DNA of 64,000 bases from Candidatus Latescibacterota bacterium (GTDB taxonomy: Bacteria > Latescibacterota > UBA2968 > UBA8231). The stretch covers positions 1,856,001 to 1,920,000 of the forward strand of contig OZ253462.1 of the NCBI GenBank assembly GCA_965261395.1, given 5' to 3'. Positions 29,416 through 39,028 of the stretch are shown here, piece after piece (the first letter of the stretch is position 1; every line of letters begins with the position of its first letter). The position numbers were made by a program, and so were the translations under genes. The notes under the pieces were generated by a model, which was given only the letters and a program-made list of their open reading frames with translations, did not search any database and had not been told where the DNA came from.

Positions 29416-30457
29416 TCCGCTCCCCTAGCTCGCGGCAGCTCAACCCACCTCCTACGTCAGGCGTCCCCGCGCCCTGCTCGCCGATTACCGCGCGCACCGC
29501 TTCCTCGATTCGATCAGCACCCGCAACAGCCGCCGGATCGCCGTGCCGCCGGCCCAACCAGCGCAGCATCAAGGCTGCGGACAGGATCATCGCCACTGGA
29601 TTGGCCTTGCCCTGCCCGGCAATGTCGGGCGCGGTGCCGTGCGAGGGCTGGAATACGGCGGCCTCCTCGCCGATGTCCCCCGAAGGAGCCAGCCCCAAGC
29701 CACCGACCAAACCAGCAGCCAAGTCCGAGATAATGTCCCCGTACATATTCTCGGTGACCAGCACGTCGTATCCTGCCGGTTGCTGCACCAAGTACATGCT
29801 CAGCGCGTCGATGTACGCGTAGTCGCGCTCGACGTCTGGATAGTCGGCGGCTACTTCGTCGTACACGCTGCGGAAAAAGGCCATTGAGCGGAAGACGTTG
29901 GCCTTGTCAACGCACGTTACCTTCATCGGCGTCCGGCCGCGCTGCCGCGCCAGCTCAAAGGCGTAGCGCACCACGCGCTCCGTGCCCGTGCGCGTAATGA
30001 CCATGGAGTCCACGGCCACTTCTCCGCGCAACTGGATGCCGCCGTTCATGGAGGCAAAAAGCCCCTCAACGTTCTCGCGCAAGATGACGAAGTCAATATC
30101 TCCCGCCTCTAACCCTTTAAGCGGGGTATGCGCGGCGGCATAGAGGTAAATCGGCCGCACCCCTGCGTACAGGTCTAGCTTGATCCGCAAGTCAACTTGT
30201 GGGCGCATCTCCGTCCCGTCCGGCCAGCGCACGTGCGGCAACCCCATCGCGCCCAACAGCACCGCATCTGCCCGGCGACACCCTTCCACCGTCGCCTCCG
30301 GCAGCGGATCCCCTTGCTCCAGATAGCACCCCGCGCCACAGGGGTACTCGGCGAAGGCTAAAGAAGGAGTCCCCAACGCATTGAGCACCTTCAGGGCCTC
30401 GTCCATGACCTCCGGTCCAATGCCGTCGCCTTTGAGGACGGCGATGTCGTAGGCCAT
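29399..30457 (-). CDS. Isocitrate/isopropylmalate/tartrate dehydrogenase family protein
   Basis: GDGIGPEV, RENVEG, VDKANV, NMYGDIISD, HGTAPDIAG; substrate not assignable. Confidence 0.88.
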   Translation of the reverse strand: MAYDIAVLKGDGIGPEVMDEALKVLNALGTPSLAFAEYPCGAGCYLEQGDPLPEATVEGCRRADAVLLGAMGLPHVRWPDGTEMRPQVDLRIKLDLYAGVRPIYLYAAAHTPLKGLEAGDIDFVILRENVEGLFASMNGGIQLRGEVAVDSMVITRTGTERVVRYAFELARQRGRTPMKVTCVDKANVFRSMAFFRSVYDEVAADYPDVERDYAYIDALSMYLVQQPAGYDVLVTENMYGDIISDLAAGLVGGLGLAPSGDIGEEAAVFQPSHGTAPDIAGQGKANPVAMILSAALMLRWLGRRHGDPAAVAGADRIEEAVRAVIGEQGAGTPDVGGGLSCRELGERIVQAL

Positions 30458-30459
30458 TT

Positions 30460-31719
30460 TTAGCTCCACAAGCGGTCGTGTGGCCGCTCGTCGTCCCACT
30501 CCTCGGTGGGACCAAAAATTTCCGACTGCTCTGGATCGGCAAACGACCTGAGCACTTCTTCGTTGAGGCCGCTAAAGCCCAGTCCGGGCCCCTCCGGCAC
30601 CGCAATGTGTCCATCCTCAATCAGGGGCACCGGCAAGCCTTCGACCAAGCTGCTCCACTGTTCTAGCTGATCGACCGAGTGGTTTTCGAGCACCATGAAG
30701 TTTTCGGTCGCTGCCGCGCAATGCACCGAAGCCAGCGCCGCCACCGGCGACATGGCCATGTGCAGCGCCATAGCAACACCGTGCTCCTGGGCTAGGTCGC
30801 CGATCTTTTTGGTCTCGAGGATTCCGCCGGAAGAGGCCAAGTCCGGGTGGGCGACGGCAATGGCACGCCGTTCAAAGAGGGGCAGAAAGTTTTCCTTGAG
30901 ATAGATGTCCTCGCCCGTGCATACGGGCGTATCCACGGCCTCGGCGAGCCGCTGCCACTGGTCGGCCAACTGCCAGGGGATCATGTCCTCGTACCAAGCT
31001 AGGCTGAACTGATCCAGTGCCTTGCCCAAGCGGATGCAGGACTCGACGCCAATGTGGCCGAAGTGATCGACGGCCAAGGGAATTTCATAGCCGATCACCT
31101 CGCGCACCTGCGCCACGTATTCGCAGAGGATATCAATGCCCTTGTTGGTAATCTGGATTCCCGTAAATGGGTGCATGATGCCATGATTTTCCAACATGCC
31201 CGGTGGGGCAATCAGCGCGTCTTCGATTCCCCGCAGCAACCCAATGCCGACGTCCATTTTGAGGAATTTAAACCCTAGCTCCATCCGCTCCTTGAGCAAC
31301 TGCCCCATCTCCCGGCCATCGCGCCGCGTGGGGGTATCGCAGTAGCAGAGGATGCGGTCGCGGAACTTGCCGCCGGCCAGTTGGTAGGCCGGCACATTAT
31401 AGGCTTTGCCGGCTAGGTCCATCAGCGCCATCTCGACGCCGCAGACGCCGCCGGCTTGGCGCGCGTGGTGACCGAATTGTTTGATCTTGCGGAAGAGCTT
31501 ATCGACGTTGCAGGGGTTTTCGCCGAGTAAGCGGCTTTTGAGCATTAGCGCGTAGGTCGGGCTGCCGCCGTCGCGCACCTCGCCGTAGCCCGAGATGCCC
31601 TGGTTGGTGTCGATGCGGATGATCGTCGCGCGGAACGGCGCACCGCGCACATTAGCGACGCGCAGATCCGTGATCTTCAGCTCCGAGGGGCGAGAGTGCG
31701 GGTTCACATTTTCTTCCAT
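30460..31719 (-). CDS. Mandelate racemase/muconate lactonizing (enolase superfamily) enzyme
   Basis: IDTNQGISGYGE, KFLKMD, WYED, CTGED, LENHS; GGAG RBS before ATG 31719. Confidence 0.9.
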   Translation of the reverse strand: MEENVNPHSRPSELKITDLRVANVRGAPFRATIIRIDTNQGISGYGEVRDGGSPTYALMLKSRLLGENPCNVDKLFRKIKQFGHHARQAGGVCGVEMALMDLAGKAYNVPAYQLAGGKFRDRILCYCDTPTRRDGREMGQLLKERMELGFKFLKMDVGIGLLRGIEDALIAPPGMLENHGIMHPFTGIQITNKGIDILCEYVAQVREVIGYEIPLAVDHFGHIGVESCIRLGKALDQFSLAWYEDMIPWQLADQWQRLAEAVDTPVCTGEDIYLKENFLPLFERRAIAVAHPDLASSGGILETKKIGDLAQEHGVAMALHMAMSPVAALASVHCAAATENFMVLENHSVDQLEQWSSLVEGLPVPLIEDGHIAVPEGPGLGFSGLNEEVLRSFADPEQSEIFGPTEEWDDERPHDRLWS

Positions 31720-31803
31720 TCTTGTCTCCACTTTCGCTGGATGTATTTTAAGGGTTTCCAATGATATCCCGCCCGCATTTTTTCGTCAACTTAGGAGATC
31801 GAC

Positions 31804-32583
31804 ATGAAGCTGAAAGACAGAGTGGCCCTCATCACCGGGGGCAGCACCGGCATCGGCCGGGCCGCGGCTGTGGCCATGGCCCGCGAAGGAGCCAACATCG
31901 CGCTGACGGCTCGTCGTGCCGAGCGCTGCGAGGAAGCTGTCGCCGAAATCGAAGGACTAGGCGGCCAAGCATTGGCCCTGCCCGGCGACGTGGCTAACGC
32001 CGAGCACGTCGCCGAGCTGGTGGCCGCCACCGTCGAGCGCTGGGGCCGCCTCGACATCGTCGTGCCCAACGCCGGCATCAACGGAGTCTTCGCCCCTATC
32101 GAGGACATCACCCCTGAGGAGTGGGATCAGACGCAGAACATCAACGTGCGCGGCACCTTCCTCACCGTTAAATACGCCATCCCCCACCTGCGCGCGGCTG
32201 GCGGCGGCAGCATCGTCGTCTCCTCGGTCAACGGCAACCGCATCTTCTCCAATTTCGGCTTCACCTCGTATTCCTGCTCCAAGGCCGCCCAAGTGACCTT
32301 CGCCAAAATGGCCGCGGTCGAGCTGGCGCAGTGGGACATTCGCATCAATGTCGTCTGCCCTGGTGCCACCAAAACCAGCATCGGCGAGAACACCTTTCCT
32401 CGCAACATCGACAAGATTCGCATCCCCCGAGAGTTCCCCCAGGGCATGATCCCCCTACAACAACGCGCCGCCAGCGCCGAGGAGGTGGCCAACGCCATTC
32501 TCTTTTTGGCGTCGGACGAGGCTAGCTATATCACGGGAACCGAGATGTATGTAGATGGGGCGCTGTCGCTGTTTCAGGGGTGA
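31804..32583 (+). CDS. SDR family oxidoreductase
   Basis: TGGSTGIG, NAGI, YSCSK, ITG..VDG. Confidence 0.92.
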   Translation: MKLKDRVALITGGSTGIGRAAAVAMAREGANIALTARRAERCEEAVAEIEGLGGQALALPGDVANAEHVAELVAATVERWGRLDIVVPNAGINGVFAPIEDITPEEWDQTQNINVRGTFLTVKYAIPHLRAAGGGSIVVSSVNGNRIFSNFGFTSYSCSKAAQVTFAKMAAVELAQWDIRINVVCPGATKTSIGENTFPRNIDKIRIPREFPQGMIPLQQRAASAEEVANAILFLASDEASYITGTEMYVDGALSLFQG

Positions 32584-32620
32584 GATTACGGGGTATAAGC
32601 ACCTGTGGGACCCTTGCTTC

Positions 32621-32656
32621 ATTGCATTATGAATTGCATTATGACTTGTATTATAA
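32621..32656. repeat. Three tandem 12-bp units (ATTGCATTATGA x2 + CTTGTATTATAA)
   Basis: Read directly from the sequence, abutting the left end of the MITE. Confidence 0.7.
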
Positions 32657-32922
32657 CGTGAGTTCGGGATAAGCAGAGGGGCAAAAGCTCGACAGGCTAG
32701 TTTTTCGGTTCAAATTGAGCGCGCTTTGATCTTTAGTTGATCACCAAGCTCAAAACCAACATTTCTTGGTTGACAGAGGGAATTTTCGTGCTATACTTCG
32801 TGCTATACTGTAAACGTATACATTACAAACGTATCTACTAAGCAAGTGCCACCAACCTAAAAACCAGCCTAAAAAGCGATGCACAACTCCAGTTAGAAGG
32901 CCGCTTAACCCGAACTCACTTT
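32655..32922. mobile_element. 268-bp MITE-like non-autonomous element
   Basis: 20-bp terminal inverted repeats (AACGTGAGTTCGGGATAAGC / GCTTAACCCGAACTCACTTT, 18/20 match) flanked by a 5-bp direct repeat ATTAT (32650-32654, 32923-32927); no ORF. Confidence 0.7.
32770..32809 (+). promoter_or_regulatory. Near-consensus sigma70 promoter inside the MITE, with duplicated extended -10
   Basis: TTGACA-16 bp-TATACT with TGn extension; TTCGTGCTATAC is tandemly duplicated. Confidence 0.55.
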
Positions 32923-33098
32923 ATTATAAGCTGTTAGAGTATTCGGAATACTCTACGGAAAAGGTCGCAAAAAAAGCCAATCTCCGTTTGACGAAACGGA
33001 CATTCCCTGTCCGGTTTGAGTGTATCTTTATCCGACGGAAGATCGGGCCATGCCGACACCGACATGGACCCAAATCGAAATTACAGGAGGCTGATCCC

Positions 33099-35263
33099 AT
33101 GAAAACTCTCGTTCGTCATTCCGCCCTTTTCACGTTAATCGGCCTTATTCTCTCGCCGCTGGCGATGGCCCATGCGTCAGAAACTGCAGACCATAACGTA
33201 ATGCTAAGGGTTGTACGCGTTACTCCAGATTGGATGCCTTTTGCCTCTGCAAGTGGATGGACTCGAGCTGTCCCACTAAGGGAGAGTGAAATTCTCAAAT
33301 TTTATGAAGTGGCTATATGGGACGAAACTTCTTCGGTGCATCTTTATGAACTCCCCAATGATTACGAAGCGCACGACGAAGCGCACGACGAGGTTTGGGA
33401 TGGTCAATCTTATGTGCGAGTACCTGATGAAGAAAGGATTGCCTATCGGGAGCAATTCCTGATAAGCAAATATACAGACATGCCACAAGCTTCTACCGAC
33501 GAGAGAAGTGCCTTCCTAAAATCGGCATTCATGGATATCGCATCATATCTGGTGAGTCGGCATCCAAATTCAGACCATCATTTGGAATACTATGGACATG
33601 GAGGGCCTGGAGGTGCGCTTTTTGAGGTGCAGTTGAAGTATGATCACGCTCATGAGTTTCTGAATTTCTGGAGCCAGTCATTGGGGAAGCCATTAGGCGT
33701 GATTGACATGGGGGACCGTGTACCAAAGGCAGTTTCACCGATATAGATAATTTCTGTACGTCTGCAAGATATTACGTCGCTTCGGATCTGCCCAATGGGG
33801 GATACACATTAGATAATTGGGATTTTGAGAAACACCAAGAAACCAGACCTGACGTACAATATCATAATCTGTTTTCCGTCAACGCAAATCTCGAAGAAGC
33901 ATTAAAAGGTCGTATCGACTTGAAGAGAACGAGATACGAAGGTTCGAGAAACAATATGATAACAAATCGAATCCCTCGAGCGAATTATCTCTATTCGTGT
34001 GCTGAATTTAACAAATTTAGCCCTAACTTCAAATCATTCTTCTCCAGTGCAGGTGTTGATTATCGTAGAGGCGATGACTTATACCAGTATCTGATTGATA
34101 ACAATGCTTCGCCAACTCTTGTCGAACAGTTTAACAAAGTAATTGTGCATAAGGTGGACAATAAAGATTTCTTTGAATGGAGCGAAGTACGCAATGGAAT
34201 GCTAATGCCCGTTCCGGGGCTTCTATTTCGGCCGCTGGGCAGCGAGCCGGGGACCAACACCGTTGCGGCCACCGTTGAGGGGCTTGAAGCAGAGACCTTT
34301 ACAGCTACGGCTATCGAGCAAACTCCCCATAGCCTGACGAAGGTCTCCGGCGATGGACAAGAAGGGCTGGCCGGCATTGCATTAGCCGCGCCGTTTGTCG
34401 TTTCAGTGTTGGATGAGGATGACGAGGCGATTGCCGGGGTGGTCGTCACCTTTTCGGTCACCGGCGGTGGGGGGATTCTCTCGTCCACCACCGCCACCAC
34501 CGATGCCAACGGCCAAGCTACCACGACGCTAACGCTGACACTGGGCAGCGATGCGGAGACCACCACCGTTGCGGCTACTGTTGAGGGGCTTGAATCCGTG
34601 ACCTTTACCGTTACCGCCGTCGGGCAAGCAACTCCCGACAGTCTGGCGAAGGTCTCCGGCGATGGACAAGAAGGGCTGGCTGGCGCGGTGTTGGCTGAGC
34701 CATTTGTGGTTTCGGTGTTGGATGAGGATGGCGCGGCGATTGCCGGAGCGGTCGTCACCTTTTCGGTCACCGCCGGTGGGGGGACGCTGTCGGCCACTAC
34801 CGCTACTACCGATGCCAACGGCCAAGCCAGAAGCAGGCTGACGCTGGGCAGCGATGCGGGGACCAACACGGTTTCGGCCACTGTTGAGGGGCTGGAGCCG
34901 GTGACCTTTACCGCTACCGGGCAAAAGTCGCCTTTCGCTAGTCTTTTCGACCTTTTTGGGGGTGGCAAGCTGGTGGCCTTGCCCGATAGCCCGCAGTTGG
35001 CGCAAAATGCGCCCAATCCCTTCAACAGCCAGACGGTTCTTGCCTACTTCTTGCCCGCCCCCGGTCCGACGCACGTGGAAGTATTCGCGCTGAACGGGCA
35101 ACGGGTGGTGGTCTTGCACCAAGGGCCGCAGCAGGCCGGCTATCACCGACTCCATTGGGACGCTCGGGACGACGCAGGTCGCCCTGTCGCCAGCGGCATG
35201 TACCTATACAGGCTAGTGACCGACGAAGTCGTGTTGACGCGCAAGCTCATCCTGCTGCGTTGA
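33099..35263 (+). pseudogene. Secreted clan CD (clostripain-like) peptidase + Ig-like repeats + FlgD/T9SS-like C-terminal domain, split by a 1-nt deletion in a G run (33710-33714)
   Basis: AGGAGG RBS, signal peptide, YYGHGG...IDMG(G)PC His/Cys motifs; adding one G gives a continuous ~721-aa ORF ending QNAPNPFN...WDARDDAGRPVASGMYLYRL. Confidence 0.65.
34235..34920 (+). repeat. ~300-bp tandem intragenic repeats encoding bacterial Ig-like (Big_1-type) domains
   Basis: CTGGGCAGCGA anchors at 34235, 34541, 34844; KVSGDGQEGLAG..PFVVSVLDED repeated. Confidence 0.85.
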
Positions 35264-35286
35264 TTGTGGTCGCGCAGGGCCGCCCG

Positions 35287-36063
35287 TCAAAAAGCCGTCG
35301 GCCGGCCCTGCGCTCCATCCACTGGGATCATCGCTCCATTGATCCAATTCGCGCGCTCGGACACCAGAAACGCCACCACATCCGCCACCTCTTCTGGCGT
35401 CCCCAAGCGCCCAGCGGGCAGATCCCGTTCCACAAACTGTGCAAAGCGCTCGGGCTGCTCCTCCTGAAAACGCGCCCATCCACCGCCGGAAAAAAATATC
35501 GATCCCGGCGCGACGGTGTTGACCCGCACCCCGCATTCGGCCAACTCCAGCGCCAGCGCACCGGCGAGAAAAATCTCTGCGGCCTTCGCGCTTCCATACT
35601 GTGCCTTGGGGCCGGGCTTCCACCCCGAGATCGACGAGACGATCACCACCGCGCCCCCACCGCGCTGCCGCATGTAGGGCAGCGCCGCCCGCGTCGTGCG
35701 CACGGCGTGGAGCACGTTTAGATCAAAGGTTTCCTCCCAGTCCTCATCAGTGGTTTCGAGCAGGCTCTGTCCGCCGGCCGCCCCACCCACATTGTTGACC
35801 AAAATATCCACGCCTCCCCACTCGGCCGCGCAGCGCTCGACAACGGCTTCCACGTCCGACCGCGAGCGCACATCGGCAACCTCGGCGATGGCTTCAGCCC
35901 CAGTGGCCCGCACTTGTTGCAATGCGCGTTCGAGCAGCTCTTGGTCGCGGGCGCAAATCGCCACCTTGCACCCCTCATTAGCCAGCGCCAACGCAATCGC
36001 CCGGCCAATTCCCCGACTCCCTCCAGTTATCAGGGCAATTTTGTCTTTCAGTCCTAGATCCAT
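35287..36063 (-). CDS. SDR family oxidoreductase
   Basis: MDLGLKDK, TGGSRGIG, VNNVGG, YGSAK. Confidence 0.92.
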   Translation of the reverse strand: MDLGLKDKIALITGGSRGIGRAIALALANEGCKVAICARDQELLERALQQVRATGAEAIAEVADVRSRSDVEAVVERCAAEWGGVDILVNNVGGAAGGQSLLETTDEDWEETFDLNVLHAVRTTRAALPYMRQRGGGAVVIVSSISGWKPGPKAQYGSAKAAEIFLAGALALELAECGVRVNTVAPGSIFFSGGGWARFQEEQPERFAQFVERDLPAGRLGTPEEVADVVAFLVSERANWINGAMIPVDGAQGRPTAF

Positions 36064-37211
36064 TACGACCTCCTTTGTGCAAAACGGGAAAGACGCAGGA
36101 ATTCGATGGGATGTTTGGTATCGCCATCCAGCGCCAATTCAGCCAAAATTTCGCCTACCACCGAAGCGAATTTGAAGCCGTGGCCGGAAAAACCCGCCCC
36201 CAGCACCACGGCCGGGCATTCGGGGTGGATGTCCAAAACGAAGTTCTTATCTGGCGTCAGCGAATACATGCAGGTGGCGTGTTTGCTCAGCTCTGGTTGC
36301 AGCGCGGGAAAGAACCGCGCGAGAAAATCGAGGACGCAGGGCTGATCGCCTTCAGCCAAGGCGCGATTGAGGCGGAGCGGGTCGGCTACCGGGTCGTGCG
36401 ACACATTGTGCTCGGCCAACTTTAGGCCCCACGGCGCTTCGGCGGGGAAACCATAGAAGTACTGTTCGCCGTCAGCGATGAAGAAGCAGGGGAACGCACC
36501 GCGCGCGTATTGCTCCACGCCGCGCCCTTGGTACCACAACTGCACCTTGCGCACCACGCACGCCGCGACGCCTAGTCGGCATAGCTCCGGCACCGCCCAA
36601 GCCCCGGTTGCCAGCACCAACCGCGCGGCGAGCAAGCGTCGGCGCTCGGTTTCCACTACCACTCCTTCACCCTCGCGCCGCCAAGACAGCATGACCTCCC
36701 CGTCGTAGAGCTTTGCGCCGTGCTTCCGGGCCAACGCGACATGCCGACGGACGCAGTCCTCGACCCGGAGAAAGCCGCCTAGGGGATCGTAAAAGCCACT
36801 CCATTCCTCGGGCAAGGCCAAGCCGGGGTAACGCGCGCCAATGGCTGCTGTATCGAGTTGTTCGTGCGGCAGGTCGTGCGCCTGATAACAGGCTGCCTGT
36901 CCCTGCATCGCCTCCGCGTCGGGATCGCCGGCCACCAGTAACCCGACGCGGGCAAAAAGTTCCCCCGCCTCTTCGGCCTCTAGCTCCTCCCACAGCGCGT
37001 AGGCCCGGTGCAACAGGGGCACGTAGTCGGGATGCTCCATATAGGCTTTGCGGATGATGCGAGTGTCCCCGTGCGAAGACCCTTGGTCGTGGGCTATGCC
37101 AAAGCGCTCTACCGCGCAGGCGCGGATGCCGCGACGCGCCAAGTGGTACAGCGCGGCACTGCCCATGCCGCCGGCCCCTGCGACGATGACATCGTATTGT
37201 TCTGTGATCAT
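36063..37211 (-). CDS. solA: N-methyl-L-tryptophan oxidase / monomeric sarcosine oxidase family
   Basis: GAGGMGSA, GSSHGDTRIIRKAY, CMYSLTPD, GFSGHGFKF. Confidence 0.85.
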   Translation of the reverse strand: MITEQYDVIVAGAGGMGSAALYHLARRGIRACAVERFGIAHDQGSSHGDTRIIRKAYMEHPDYVPLLHRAYALWEELEAEEAGELFARVGLLVAGDPDAEAMQGQAACYQAHDLPHEQLDTAAIGARYPGLALPEEWSGFYDPLGGFLRVEDCVRRHVALARKHGAKLYDGEVMLSWRREGEGVVVETERRRLLAARLVLATGAWAVPELCRLGVAACVVRKVQLWYQGRGVEQYARGAFPCFFIADGEQYFYGFPAEAPWGLKLAEHNVSHDPVADPLRLNRALAEGDQPCVLDFLARFFPALQPELSKHATCMYSLTPDKNFVLDIHPECPAVVLGAGFSGHGFKFASVVGEILAELALDGDTKHPIEFLRLSRFAQRRS

Positions 37212-37362
37212 TATCGATTATACCTCCACCTATTTCCCCAAGAGAAAAGGGCCTTGATTCAAACTTCAAACTTCCCCCATCGTCCGCAACCCACAACTTG
37301 ACGCTGCTAGCCCTAACCGCGATACTTTTTTGTCTATATCAACTCCAACTCAGGGCTTACCC

Positions 37363-37926
37363 GTGCGCATCGTCACTGGCACTTATCGCGGTCGGCAGAT
37401 TCCCTCCGGGCGACGCCTGCGCCAGATCCGCCTCACGTCCACGCGCCTCAAAGAAGCCGTATTCTCCATGCTCGGTCCCAACTTAAAGGGCCGCACCTTC
37501 CTCGATCTGTGTGCTGGCTCGGGCCAGATGGGACTCGAAGCGCTGAGCCGGGGCGCGAGCGTCGAGCTCAACGAGCCAGATCACCGGCGGCGACAGCATA
37601 TCCGCGCGCTGCTCTACCAATGGAAAGCCGGCGTCGCGGGCCTACACTCGCTCAAGGCCCAACACCTCATCCCCCAATTGGCAGCGACCGGCCGCCGCTT
37701 CGACATCGTGTACGCCGACCCCCCATACCACGCTCGCTACTGCGGTGCCCCGCTCCTGCTCGGCCTAATCGAAACTCTCGGGGAATCCGCGCTCTTTAAC
37801 GACGCGGGCCTGCTGTTCGTGCAGCACCAAATCGACTTGGACGTGCCCGAGCAGAGTGGTCGCCTCGCGCTCACCCAACAACGGACCTACGGCAATACCG
37901 CCCTCAGCATCTATAGCCTCACCTAA
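37363..37926 (+). CDS. rsmD: 16S rRNA m2G966 methyltransferase
   Basis: RIVTGTYRGR, LKEAVFSML, LDLCAGSGQMGLEALSRGA, YADPPY; start may be TTG 37330. Confidence 0.85.
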   Translation: MRIVTGTYRGRQIPSGRRLRQIRLTSTRLKEAVFSMLGPNLKGRTFLDLCAGSGQMGLEALSRGASVELNEPDHRRRQHIRALLYQWKAGVAGLHSLKAQHLIPQLAATGRRFDIVYADPPYHARYCGAPLLLGLIETLGESALFNDAGLLFVQHQIDLDVPEQSGRLALTQQRTYGNTALSIYSLT

Positions 37927-37930
37927 TCCC

Positions 37931-39028
37931 ATGAAAATCACTCACGTCGAAGCCATACCCGTGCGCGTGCCAAGGCCGCAGCCTTTCCAAAGCAGCCTCG
38001 GCACGCACCAAGCCTCTGAAAACGCCGTCGTCTTAATCCACACCGATGCCGGCCTCACCGGCCTCGGCGAAGCCTCCAGCATCTGGGACCGCCGCGGACG
38101 CGGGGAAAGCGAGGCCATCAACGGGCTGCTCGCCGATGTGCTCCGTGGTTTGGACCCGCGCCGCATCCGCGAGATCGCCGACCGCATGAATCAGGTCCTC
38201 CACCACTCCTTCCCGGCCAAGGCCGGCATTGAAATGGCCCTCTACGACTTGGTCGGCAAAGCCTGCGGCGTGCCCGTTTACCAACTGCTAGGTGGCCTAG
38301 TCCGCGACCGCGTGTTGCTGAGTCATTCGCTGTCCATGGGCGATCCCACAGCCATTGCCGCCCAAGCCCAGAGCCTAGTGGCGCAAGGGTACAAGACCCT
38401 CAAGGCCAAGATCGGGCGGGACATTCGCGCCGACCTAGCCGTGCTCGCAGCCGTGCGCAACGCAATCGGCAGTGAGGTCGTCCTGCGCGTAGATGCCAAC
38501 ATGGGCTGGTCCTCCGCCAAGGAAGCCCTGCGCCACATCGAGGCAATCGCAGACTTTGACTTGGAGCTGGTCGAGCAGCCCTTAGCAGCCGACGACTTAG
38601 AGGGATTGCGCTTTGTCCGCGAGCGCGTCTCGCTGCCCATCATGGCCGACGAGAGCGTTTGGACCCCGGCCGACGCCCTCAACTGCATCCGCCACCAAGC
38701 CGTCGATGTCTTCAACGTGTACGTGTCGGAAGCCGGCGGCTTGGGTGCGGCCGCGCGCATCTTCGCCATTGCCGAAGCGGCGCGCCTGCCCTGTATCATC
38801 GGCAGTATGCCCGAGCTGGGGATCGGCACGGCGGCCCAAGCCCACCTCGCCTTTGCCATGCCCAACTTGGGCTACGCCAGCGACGTGAACGGCTGCGTCT
38901 ATCACAGCGGCGACGTCATCCGCGAAAAGCTGCCCATCGCCGATGGGTACATCCTCCCGCCAGCCGGCCCGGGCCTCGGCGTCACCCTCGACGAGGACGC
39001 ACTCGCAGAATATCGCTGCGACCGCTGA
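37931..39028 (+). CDS. Muconate lactonizing / dipeptide epimerase-like enolase superfamily enzyme
   Basis: MKITHVEAIP, LKAKIG, RVDAN, VEQP, MADES, PAGPGLG. Confidence 0.9.
   Translation: MKITHVEAIPVRVPRPQPFQSSLGTHQASENAVVLIHTDAGLTGLGEASSIWDRRGRGESEAINGLLADVLRGLDPRRIREIADRMNQVLHHSFPAKAGIEMALYDLVGKACGVPVYQLLGGLVRDRVLLSHSLSMGDPTAIAAQAQSLVAQGYKTLKAKIGRDIRADLAVLAAVRNAIGSEVVLRVDANMGWSSAKEALRHIEAIADFDLELVEQPLAADDLEGLRFVRERVSLPIMADESVWTPADALNCIRHQAVDVFNVYVSEAGGLGAAARIFAIAEAARLPCIIGSMPELGIGTAAQAHLAFAMPNLGYASDVNGCVYHSGDVIREKLPIADGYILPPAGPGLGVTLDEDALAEYRCDR

Noticed and set aside
29399-30457. Assignment as leuB
   Set aside because: No leu genes are adjacent and the context is catabolic; the family is clear but the substrate is not.
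32621-32656. 12-bp tandem repeats as iterons or a mini-CRISPR
   Set aside because: Only three adjacent copies with no spacers and no rep or cas gene; more likely slippage duplications.
32956-33090. c-di-GMP-I (GEMM) riboswitch
   Set aside because: It has a GCAAA-like segment and hairpins but lacks the GNRA-loop/receptor architecture; kept only as a generic structured leader.
33366-33392. GAAGCGCACGAC tandem duplication (EAHDEAHDE)
   Set aside because: In-frame 12-bp slippage with no evident functional consequence.
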